From: an uncultured bacterium
GTDB lineage: Bacteria > Chlamydiota > Chlamydiia > Chlamydiales > SM23-39
Reading direction: 5' to 3'
Length of the DNA: 64,000 nucleotides
NCBI GenBank assembly: GCA_963716985.1
Contig: OY970323.1
Span: 1,056,001-1,120,000, forward strand
Numbering within the stretch: position 1 is the stretch's first letter; each line of letters opens with the position of its first letter. Below are positions 19,002-27,308 of the stretch, piece after piece. The position numbers were made by a program, and so were the translations under genes. Below the pieces are notes generated by a model. That model searched no databases, was not told where the DNA came from, and saw only the letters and a list, made by a program, of their open reading frames with translations.

Positions 19002-19946
19002 TTATAAGCTATCAAGAGAAGGGGGGGATTTGATGGTGAGGGTTGCATTGAGGGCATCGCGGGCTTCGTCGGTAGCGGCAAGGAGATCGTAGGCGGCGAC
19101 TCTGATGGGATGGTCTGTGGTGAAGGAGCAGTCGTTGGCGCCTCTGATGATGGCTAGGGCGGCCTCTCTGCAGTTGCTGACGGTGATGGCGAAGTTTTTG
19201 AGGAACTGCTCGTCGTCGGTGCGCCTGCTGGCGGCGTCTCGGAAGGTTTGGGTGTATGATCTGAGGGCTTGGGCGCTTATTTTGAGGTCGTTGACTTTAC
19301 TGGGGTTATTGGCGATGGCTGTGAATGCCTTACGGGTCCTATTCTTAAAAGATTGTGTCCAAATGCTGCAACAGATCAAAGAAGCTACCACAATGCGTGT
19401 GATTGTGCTACCGATTGTTAGGAGTGATAGGGCTGCTTTTGTCCAGCTCCTTGATGGAATTGCATCAAGTGCAATGACTTTTGATAGTGTTGGTATGCTT
19501 GTCACCGGTGGCGTTGATAGGACCGGTTGGTTAAGTGTTGTGATTATTGTTGGGAAAAAATATTTGTATCCGACGACAGCGATTGTTGCAAGAAGGAGAG
19601 CATCAATTGCAAGTGCTTTGTAGGAAGTCGGCTTCCATGATTGTCTCGCTGCTTTGTCTTGCTCTTTGCGCACATAATTAGAAATTTGAATGAATTTGTT
19701 TCGGAGCGGCGACAATGTAAGAATGTTGTACAAAAGTGCAAGTATGTTGCAGGGGATCGCTGTGAAAAGGTCTGCCGCAAAAGCAGCTACTTTTGCCGCT
19801 GTGTTCCCGCCGTTCGTTTTTGCAAGGAAGTTTGTTCCAATATGCAATCCTAAGCGTATGCCGGCTTCTGCTTTCAAGGAAACGGCCGGGCGATAATAAG
19901 GATTGAACCATGAATTATTGAATGGATTACTGATGCTTTTGGCCAT
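19002..19946 (-). CDS. array family membrane protein, copy C (extra C-terminal helical domain)
   Basis: Conserved N-terminus and two TM segments, followed by an Ala-rich helical extension of about 115 aa. Confidence 0.85.
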   Translation of the reverse strand: MAKSISNPFNNSWFNPYYRPAVSLKAEAGIRLGLHIGTNFLAKTNGGNTAAKVAAFAADLFTAIPCNILALLYNILTLSPLRNKFIQISNYVRKEQDKAARQSWKPTSYKALAIDALLLATIAVVGYKYFFPTIITTLNQPVLSTPPVTSIPTLSKVIALDAIPSRSWTKAALSLLTIGSTITRIVVASLICCSIWTQSFKNRTRKAFTAIANNPSKVNDLKISAQALRSYTQTFRDAASRRTDDEQFLKNFAITVSNCREAALAIIRGANDCSFTTDHPIRVAAYDLLAATDEARDALNATLTIKSPPSLDSL

Positions 19947-19985
19947 AAAAACCTTTTGTTGAGGTTTGGTTATTTTTTTCCATTA

Positions 19986-20015
19986 ATTATACTCCATTGA
20001 CGAGGTTTTGATCAA
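19986..20015 (-). promoter_or_regulatory. sigma70(66)-type promoter of copy C (variants upstream of B and D)
   Basis: Minus strand TTGATC-18 nt-TATAAT. Copy B has TTGATC-18-TACAAT and copy D has TTGATC-17-TAAAAT. Confidence 0.55.
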
Positions 20016-20118
20016 TGAAAATGATTATTTTTTTTTGAACGCTTGTTAATAGTTAGAACATGCCTGAGTTGTCTTGCGGCAGAATGCTCTTGGGTCACAT
20101 AAATTCTAAAAATGCCAG

Positions 20119-20360
20119 TCAACGCGTTGGGTAATGTAAGATTCTTTCTGTAAAATGTTTTTTCCACTCGGAGAGGATCATCTGATGCGCTTCTGGTTTT
20201 TCCGACAATCGTGCTGCAGTTTTTTCTCCTTTTAAAATTTCCAAACCGGCTTTGAGCTTGAACTCAGGAGAACATTGCCTCCTCGATTGACTCATTTTAA
20301 CCTCCACTTTGTTTGGAGGTTATAAGCTTAGAGTGTGGCTCAAATTTTGGGACCATTATA
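20119..20360 (-). pseudogene. IS3-family left end with truncated OrfA
   Basis: MSQSRRQCSPEFKLKAGLEILKGEKTAARLSEK...HQMILSEWKK is an IS3 OrfA HTH. No OrfB follows. Confidence 0.75.
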
Positions 20361-20450
20361 GTTATCGATGTTTTCACCTAAAAAAAAGACCGACCCTTTG
20401 GAGGGGGTCGGCCTTCTGGCGTCGAGGGTCTGGAGATTCTCCCAAAGCCC

Positions 20451-21083
20451 TTAGGTGCTCTTCGGATCCTTAGAAGCTTCGGCTATAACGGCGACGCAAC
20501 AGAGGCAAGTACTCGCAACTGTCACAACGGCTGTGATTGTGCTACCGATTATAATGGCTGCTTTTGTCCAGCTCCTTGATGGAATTTCAGGTGAGATGTC
20601 GATGATTTTTGGTGGTGGGACGATTTCCCGTAGTTTTTCTGGTAGTTTTTCTGGTGGTTTAGGTGGTGTGATTATTGTTGGGAAAAAATATTTGTATCCG
20701 ACGACAGCGATTGTTGCAAGAAGGAGAGCATCAATTGCAAGTGCTTTGTAAGAAGTGGGCTTCCATGATTGTCTCGCTGCTTTGTCTTGCTCTTTGCGCA
20801 CATAATTAGAAATTTGAATGAATTTGTTTCGGAGCGGCGCCAATGTAAGAATGTTGTACAAAAGTGCAAGTAGGTTGCAGGGGATCGCTGTGAAAAGGTC
20901 TGCCGCAAAGGCAGCTACTTTTGCCGCTGTGTTCCTGCCATTTGCTTGTGCAAGGAAGTTTGTTCCAATATGCAATCCTAAGCGTATGCCGGCTTCTGCT
21001 TTCAAGGAAACGGCTGGGCGATAAAAAGGATTGAGCCATTGGTTATTGAATGGATTACTGATGCTTTTGAGTGGAAGCGTCAT
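20451..21083 (-). CDS. array family membrane protein, copy D
   Basis: Conserved N-terminus, linker as in B plus a 12-nt duplication, TM2 with CLCC, very short tail. Confidence 0.85.
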   Translation of the reverse strand: MTLPLKSISNPFNNQWLNPFYRPAVSLKAEAGIRLGLHIGTNFLAQANGRNTAAKVAAFAADLFTAIPCNLLALLYNILTLAPLRNKFIQISNYVRKEQDKAARQSWKPTSYKALAIDALLLATIAVVGYKYFFPTIITPPKPPEKLPEKLREIVPPPKIIDISPEIPSRSWTKAAIIIGSTITAVVTVASTCLCCVAVIAEASKDPKST

Positions 21084-21327
21084 AAAAAATACCTCTTTTA
21101 TAGGTTTGGTTGTTTTTTTCCGCTAATTTTAGTCCATGACGAAGTTTTGATCAATGAAAATGATTATTTTTTTTTGAACATTCGTTAACGGTCGGATGAT
21201 ATTAGTAAAATTTTTATTTTTAGGAATTATTAGGCGCATCTGCATTTAAAGGAGCAGGTTTTTATGCTCTCTCGAAGAGATTGCATCTTGAGTATGGGTT
21301 GATAGAAACTATTTGGATGATTCAATA

Positions 21328-21357
21328 GATGGTCGGGTTTATGCGACCGACCATCTG
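21328..21357 (-). terminator. hairpin downstream of array member 6
   Basis: AGATGGTCGG-10 nt-CCGACCATCT perfect 10-bp stem. Weak U tail. Confidence 0.45.
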
Positions 21358-21407
21358 AGATCTGTCCACTCTCTTTAAGTTTAAACCTGAACATCTTGGT
21401 CAGTTAA

Positions 21408-21597
21408 CCTAAAAACGGCAGTTGAACCGCTCCGCACAATCAAAACTTTCGCGATTCTCCTCTAAAAATCAATGTTATTGCTCAAATTTATCCACTCACC
21501 TATTGGGTGGGCGTGAAAGTTCAAGATAGAATTTATTTCTGAGAGAGAAATTTACAATTTTCAGGTCATGCAGAGCGGTTCAACTGCCGTTTTTAGG
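21408..21597. mobile_element. 190-bp MITE, copy 1
   Basis: Terminal inverted repeats CCTAAAAACGGCAGTTGAACCGCTC / GAGCGGTTCAACTGCCGTTTTTAGG, flanked by TTAA on both sides. Non-coding interior. Second copy at 40207-40396. Confidence 0.85.
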
Positions 21598-22378
21598 TTA
21601 AAGAAGAAGGCTGGGACTGTTGCAGTGAGAGCCATTCTTTTTTCCACTCTTCCCACCTAGCGTTAAAATGCTCCGGATCCTTATTCTTAGCTACCTTACA
21701 CATAAAGCGGAAGAGTTTAGGATTCACTTTAGCAGGAGCGGTCTTTTCAATAGAGGGGAGGTTACCAATCCCTTCAACAGTAGTTTTTGATTTGAGTGAT
21801 TGATGCAGCGCAAGGATGGGAATCGCAAATAATGGACTATATTGTGCCCAATGGAGAGTCTTTCCCCAAGGTCCGATGTCATTTATTTTATCAACGACAG
21901 TAGAGTCCACAGCCCAGTGAGTTATTGTTGGCAGAGTCTCTGACGGTGGTTTTGTGGCGGAGACAAAATACTTAGGTCCGAGGGTTGCGATTGCCACGAC
22001 AGAAGCAAGAAGGAGGGCGTCAACGGCTAGTGCTTTATAAGAAGTGGGCTTCCAAGGGTTTTGCCCTTTTTGGGTTTTTTTATTTGAAATTTGCATGATT
22101 TTATTACGGATCGGTAGGACTGAAACGTTATAGAAAAGAGCAATCGCATTCCCGGAAATTGCCGTAAGGAGGTCCCCTACAAAGGCGCCAATTTTTGCTA
22201 TTGTATGGAGGAAGGGATTGGAAATGGTTTTTGTTTTTTCTAGCAGGTTGGTTCCGGCATGCAAGCCTAAGGAACGATATGCTTTTTGTGGGCAAACGTT
22301 CGTTTCATGAAAAAAAGGATTGAACCATGAATTATTGATATAAGGGTTGTGCAAAAGATGATTTATTATGGCGTTCAT
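21593..22378 (-). CDS. array family membrane protein, divergent member 6
   Basis: NNSWFNPF, LGLHAGTNLL and WKPTSYKALAVDALLLA motifs shared with the array. Stop codon supplied by the MITE. Confidence 0.8.
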   Translation of the reverse strand: MNAIINHLLHNPYINNSWFNPFFHETNVCPQKAYRSLGLHAGTNLLEKTKTISNPFLHTIAKIGAFVGDLLTAISGNAIALFYNVSVLPIRNKIMQISNKKTQKGQNPWKPTSYKALAVDALLLASVVAIATLGPKYFVSATKPPSETLPTITHWAVDSTVVDKINDIGPWGKTLHWAQYSPLFAIPILALHQSLKSKTTVEGIGNLPSIEKTAPAKVNPKLFRFMCKVAKNKDPEHFNARWEEWKKEWLSLQQSQPSSLT

Positions 22379-22878
22379 GAGAATCTTTGGTTTTTTTAAT
22401 AAATTATAAGCCTAGAAAATACATTGTGTCAACAAAAGTGATTTTTTTAAAGTTTATTAATTTTTTTATTTTTTAAAAAAAATCATTTGTTTTAAAAAAT
22501 TTCGTGGATGAAGAGTTTGTTTGAGAAGGGAAAATTTAGGTAGCTTAAGGCCAATGGGGCCAAGGGGCAGGCTTCTTCATGTGATATGTGGGAATCTAAG
22601 ACCGGGTGTCCGGCTAATCTAGCTAATGACAGACGAGTCACCCTGCTTCCGGAATCGCAAAAATTAGAAACAAACTGCCCATTTTTTTTGAAGGACTTCG
22701 TGTATTTTGGACCTTATGTGGATGCCCTGTACATTTTCGTTCTGTATGCCAGTCGTTTGCAAGGGATTTTCTTCTGATTTCACTTAAACGATCTTCTTTG
22801 CTAACAAAGCTAGAATGGTTTTCTGAATCAAGGTCTATAGGGGAGTTTGGCTTTTAGTCCTATGCCGGGCGCGTCAAT

Positions 22879-22913
22879 AAAAAAAGGCCAGCTTAATAAA
22901 AGCTGGCCTTTTT
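22879..22913 (-). terminator. intrinsic terminator
   Basis: AAAAAAAGGCCAGCTT-loop-AAGCTGGCCTTTTT, bidirectional. Confidence 0.85.
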
Positions 22914-22939
22914 GCCATAAAGCCTAACTGCTAGTAGAC

Positions 22940-23695
22940 TTATTCACCAGTCTTTAGCTGGGGCTTCTTCCCATCAGGAGGCTTCGGAGCATCGGAAGTA
23001 ATGGAAGTACTGAGCATTACACGTTTCCCATGATGACAGCATTTTACTACACCATATATTGCTCCTATGAGAGCCAAGAGGCTGCCCGAGCCTTCACCTA
23101 TCATCATAGGAATGCTCGGCTTCGTAAGAATGCTTGGCATCGAGAACCAGGGTTGTTTTGGTGTAACGACTTTTGGTATTACAACTTTTGGTGTTACAAC
23201 TTTATCTGCTTCTTTGGGGATTGTTACTCGAAAAGGAAATACCCCATATTTGTAAGCAGAAAAGCCTGCAAGTGCAAGAACTGCAGCTGCAGCTACGCCA
23301 ATTTTTAGCGGCGACCAAACATATGTTTTATGTTTGCTGACTTGGCTAATCACTCTTCTTTCTACTGCAACGGCAAGATTGCCAACTGTCCAACGTGCCA
23401 TGTTCCCCACCGTGGCATCAAGAACTACAATCAAGGGCAGGGTCAGGGTAGCAAAAAGAGCTACTTTGTATGCAAGCGCAAGAGCTCCTTTGTCACCAGC
23501 TAGATGAAAAACAGACTTTGTTGTCTCAAAGCCAAAAGGAGAGACGTAATAGTCTGGCTTTTGCTTTGAAGGCACTGCTGTTTTGAGCAAAGCGTTCAAA
23601 GCGCTCGATGGTATTGAAACGATTGCTTTGCCAACGGATTTTGCGCCATTGACAACTGAATGAAAATTTACTGCTGCAACTGGACTTATACTCAT
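22940..23695 (-). CDS. distant array-like membrane protein (Inc-like)
   Basis: Same architecture in the C-terminal half: W.P.K, TM (..SAYKYGVFP), Pro-rich linker with (V/I)(V/I/T)PK repeats, TM2 followed by KCC. N-terminus diverged. Confidence 0.7.
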   Translation of the reverse strand: MSISPVAAVNFHSVVNGAKSVGKAIVSIPSSALNALLKTAVPSKQKPDYYVSPFGFETTKSVFHLAGDKGALALAYKVALFATLTLPLIVVLDATVGNMARWTVGNLAVAVERRVISQVSKHKTYVWSPLKIGVAAAAVLALAGFSAYKYGVFPFRVTIPKEADKVVTPKVVIPKVVTPKQPWFSMPSILTKPSIPMMIGEGSGSLLALIGAIYGVVKCCHHGKRVMLSTSITSDAPKPPDGKKPQLKTGE

Positions 23696-24367
23696 AAAAA
23701 ACCTCTTTTCTTTGGGTCTAATTGTTAATAATTCCTTTCAAGTGCTAGCACAATAGCAAATTCGGCTTCTTTTCGTCAAAACTTTTTTTATTCAGCTGTT
23801 TTTTTTTTTCTGCACGCGCCTCTTTTTGGTTCTTTTTAGGTTTTAAAAAGAGGGAAACAATCCTGCGGTTGCGGCACTCCTTCCTGTTGCAAAAAAGGAG
23901 AGAAAGGGGGGATTTTAGACGCTCAGGGAGCCATTTCCTTAAAATCCCATAGAGAATGGCGGCTGTTGGACGGGGGAGCTGGGGCAGTCTTGAATATTCG
24001 TTTGTGGAATTCCATGACGGGGTGCGAAGGGGCAGCCGGCCCATGTCCGGCATCGGAAAAAAGCAAAAATGTGCAGACGAGAAAAAGCGAGACATGCCTG
24101 CAGCTTCCTGACGATGCATTGAGGACAATGGACATGGCGGAATATCCCGTTTGAAAAATGGCGCAAGAGCTCCGGAAGAGAATGAAAACGCATTTTTTGT
24201 GAAAGCAAAGAGTCCCTTCGAGGGGCGCCTAAGAGGGAAGGATAGCTAAAGATTAAGGAGGAATGAATCAGTTGTCGAACAATTATTTGCCAAATGAACA
24301 AATTTTCTAATGGGAAATGAGATCGACGCAACGGAGAGATTGTTTTGCAACAGGGAGGAGCAGGATC

Positions 24368-25276
24368 TCAAGAGGTTGCGGACTTTCGTAGGGCAGGACT
24401 ATCTATCGATAACCCCATGGCATGAAGTCCATTGTCAACGAAGAGAACGTTGCCTGTGATCGCAGAGGCCGATGGAGAGAGAAGAAATGCTGCTGCCCGG
24501 CCCACCTCTTCGGCATCTAAATCTTTGACAAGCGGAGCGTTGGCTTTCGAATAGGCGATCGACTGATCGATGCTGCCAATGGCTCTGGCCGCACGGCTGC
24601 GCAAGGGGCCTGCTGAAATGCAATTGACGCGGATGTTCCATTTCCTTCCGGCTTCCCAAGCAAGCGTGCGGGTGTCGCTTTCGAGCGCGGCTTTTGCGGA
24701 GCTCATCCCGCCCCCATATCCGGGGATGGCTCTGGTGGAAGCGATATAGCTAAGCGTGAGAGCGGAGCCGTTTTTTAAAATCGGACCAAAATGAGAAAGA
24801 AGGCTTACAAAAGAATAGGAAGAGGCGCTGAGCGCGGCTAAATAGCCGGCCCTAGAGGTGTCGAGAAGGTCTTTCGTCACTTCGGGTGCATTGGCAAGCG
24901 AGTGGACAAGGATGTCGATGGACCCAACATCTTTTTTCACCTGCTCGGCAACCTCGGAAATCGTATAGCCCGAAGCTTCAGCATAGCGTTTGTTCTGCAA
25001 GACGTCCGGGGGGATGTTTTCGGGGGTATCGAATGCGGCATCGAGCGAGTAGACTTTGCTGTATTCCCAAAGGGTGCCGTCAGAGAGTTTGCGGGATTCG
25101 TCGAATTTTCCCATTTCCCAAGAGGTGGTGAAGATTTTGACGATGGGGGTCCAGGTGCCGATGAGAATTACAGCGCCCGCTTCAGCAAGCGCTTTTGCGA
25201 TGGCAAAGCCAAATCCGCGATCATCGCCAATTCCTGCGACAAAGGCCTTTTTACCTTTTAAGGACGAATGAAACAT
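24368..25276 (-). CDS. fabI: enoyl-ACP reductase (chlamydial/plant type)
   Basis: [35 protein letters not shown] and ISAGPL.SRAA. Confidence 0.97.
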   Translation of the reverse strand: MFHSSLKGKKAFVAGIGDDRGFGFAIAKALAEAGAVILIGTWTPIVKIFTTSWEMGKFDESRKLSDGTLWEYSKVYSLDAAFDTPENIPPDVLQNKRYAEASGYTISEVAEQVKKDVGSIDILVHSLANAPEVTKDLLDTSRAGYLAALSASSYSFVSLLSHFGPILKNGSALTLSYIASTRAIPGYGGGMSSAKAALESDTRTLAWEAGRKWNIRVNCISAGPLRSRAARAIGSIDQSIAYSKANAPLVKDLDAEEVGRAAAFLLSPSASAITGNVLFVDNGLHAMGLSIDSPALRKSATS

Positions 25277-25331
25277 AAAGAACCTCTTCGAGAAAAAATC
25301 ACCTTATTATAGCACAAATAAGAGCAGGACC

Positions 25332-25520
25332 TCAATGTGTTTTTTCTTTCTTGCTATGTGCTCTTTTCCACCCTTCGGCGGTTAAAATTTTTTTTTCAGG
25401 CGCGGAGGCTTTATGCGTTCCTTCTCTTTTCACCGGAGGCTTTTTTTCCGGTTTTTTTTCTTCTGCCTTCTTCTTCTCTTTTTTCTTTTTGGAAGAGAAA
25501 AATTTTACTTTTCGAAACAT
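25332..25520 (-). CDS. small Lys-rich hypothetical protein
   Basis: 62 aa ending KILTAEGWKR, a motif recalled from small conserved chlamydial proteins next to fabI. Confidence 0.55.
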   Translation of the reverse strand: MFRKVKFFSSKKKKEKKKAEEKKPEKKPPVKREGTHKASAPEKKILTAEGWKRAHSKKEKTH

Positions 25521-25587
25521 TTCAGGCTCTCTTTTTGTTGCATTATTTAGTTGGAATTTTCAATAATTCTACCAGCAGCAACATTTT

Positions 25588-26556
25588 GTGCAACACATGA
25601 AATTTCACGACTTTTCTTCTTTTCGGCGCTCTTGCGACGCGTCGCGTCCCCTTGTTGCCCTGGTTGTTGCCGCTCAAGATTACGAGCGGTCGAAAATTTT
25701 TGATGAGATCTTTTCGCTTTTACAAAAAAAAGGCCATTTTCAGATGATCAAATTTTCTTCTGAAGAAGCGGACAGGGCAATGGAGGCTCTTTCGTGCGGA
25801 TCTCTGTTTGCACAGGACCCTTTGGTCATTATCGACGGCGTGGATTTATTCAAGAAAAAGCAAGAAGAGCTTGTGCTGCAATATCTCAAGAATCCCAATA
25901 CGCACGGCTGCCTGCTTTTGGGCGCGCGCGAAAAAAAGGGAGTTTCTCTCTACGGAGAAATCGACGCCAAGGGAGTGGTCTTTGATTTGGGATTTGAAAG
26001 GGTCAAAGAGCGTGAAAAGCGGTTTGTCGAGAAATTGCGCGAGAAGTGTAGTGCAGCGGGAAAGACGATAGAGATGGCGGCCGTCGAGCTTTTCTTTACC
26101 AAGACGGGCCTTGATTTGGCGATTGTGGAATCAGAATCGGAAAAGCTTTTGTGCTTTGTCGGAGAAAAAGAGAGAATTGAGCGAAGCGATGTGGCCCTCA
26201 TTTGCGCCTCTTCCGATACGAGAAATCTTTGGGAAATTGCAGAGGACTTTGTCTGGAGGCAAAAAATGCCGCCCTCTTTAGAAAGCTCGCTTTTTCACCC
26301 GCTTTTGAGTGCGGTCCGCTATCAACTGCAGCAGGGACTTCGTATGGCATCTAGAGAGAGCTTTGGGGAAGAGTCCTCTTTTTTTTATAAAAAAGAAGAA
26401 GAAAAGCGGAATATTGCGCTGCAGAGAGGCCCTTCATTTTTTAAAAAATTTTTACTCCTGCTTTTTGAAATCGATCTTTTGTCGAAAACGCTCGGAGGGT
26501 CATTGGATTCTCTTTTCTCTTATCTGCACTCTAAGATGTTTGAGGCGCTTTCATGA
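25588..26556 (+). CDS. holA: DNA polymerase III delta subunit
   Basis: SLFA..LVII, YLKNP and ESEKLLCFVGEKERIERSDV motifs, with typical length. Confidence 0.8.
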   Translation: MQHMKFHDFSSFRRSCDASRPLVALVVAAQDYERSKIFDEIFSLLQKKGHFQMIKFSSEEADRAMEALSCGSLFAQDPLVIIDGVDLFKKKQEELVLQYLKNPNTHGCLLLGAREKKGVSLYGEIDAKGVVFDLGFERVKEREKRFVEKLREKCSAAGKTIEMAAVELFFTKTGLDLAIVESESEKLLCFVGEKERIERSDVALICASSDTRNLWEIAEDFVWRQKMPPSLESSLFHPLLSAVRYQLQQGLRMASRESFGEESSFFYKKEEEKRNIALQRGPSFFKKFLLLLFEIDLLSKTLGGSLDSLFSYLHSKMFEALS

Positions 26557-27308
26557 GCGGAGCGCTTTTTCTCTTGCCCAATTTACTCTGGCCGGACTCC
26601 AGGTTTGAGGATTTTTTTCCAAAAAGGGTGAGCGATATCGTTCATTCTTTAGATGGGCTCATTGCAGAGAGCGAAAAAGGGGGATGGCGTTTTCTTCGCC
26701 ATTTTTTTTCTCATGAAAAAATCAAGACCTTTCCGGTGCGCTATCTCAACGAACATACAAAGCTCGTAGAGATCGAGGAGCTGCTCCAACCCTTATTGAA
26801 AGGGGAGCGATGGGGGATGGTGTCGGATGCGGGACTTGCGACGATTGCAGATCCCGGATCTGAGCTGGTCTTTGCTGCGAAAAAAAGAAACATTCAGGTG
26901 GAAGCATTTCCCGGGCCCTCTTCGATCGTTCTTGCTTTAATGCTTTCGGGATTTTCCGCCCAAAGTTTTTCCTTTTACGGATATCTGCCCATCGATCCCG
27001 TGGCCTTCAAGGAGCGCATTTTGTCATTTGAAAAAGAGGTTGCACAGACGCATCTATGGATGGAAACTCCCTATCGCATCCGGCAGAGAATGCAGCAGAT
27101 CGTCCTTACTTTAAAGGAGGAGACGCTGCTCTGTCTTGCCCTTGATTTAACGCTGCCGAGGCAAGAGGTCATTGTTGCTCCTATTCGCGAGTGGAAGAGA
27201 AGGGATTTTTCTTCTTTTCACAAGCGGCTTGCCATTTTTCTGATCGGCCAAGATCCCTTTAAAGAAGCTCTTCGGCCACAGAGTCATAAAAAAGCAGGCC
27301 TTTTTTAG
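26553..27308 (+). CDS. tetrapyrrole-methylase-fold SAM methyltransferase (RsmI-like)
   Basis: LFLLPNLL, LNEH, SDAG...IADPG, GPSSIVLALMLSG, FYGYLP and ETPYR. Confidence 0.9.
   Translation: MSGALFLLPNLLWPDSRFEDFFPKRVSDIVHSLDGLIAESEKGGWRFLRHFFSHEKIKTFPVRYLNEHTKLVEIEELLQPLLKGERWGMVSDAGLATIADPGSELVFAAKKRNIQVEAFPGPSSIVLALMLSGFSAQSFSFYGYLPIDPVAFKERILSFEKEVAQTHLWMETPYRIRQRMQQIVLTLKEETLLCLALDLTLPRQEVIVAPIREWKRRDFSSFHKRLAIFLIGQDPFKEALRPQSHKKAGLF

Noticed and set aside
16821..21083. CRISPR array or diversity-generating retroelement explaining the repeats
   Set aside because: The repeats are hundreds of bp of coding sequence, not short repeats with spacers. Differences do not appear confined to adenines, and no DGR RT or cas genes are in the window.
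23745..24360. Several overlapping 60-130 aa ORFs between the array and fabI
   Set aside because: No recognisable motif, RBS or RNA structure. No real gene could be selected.
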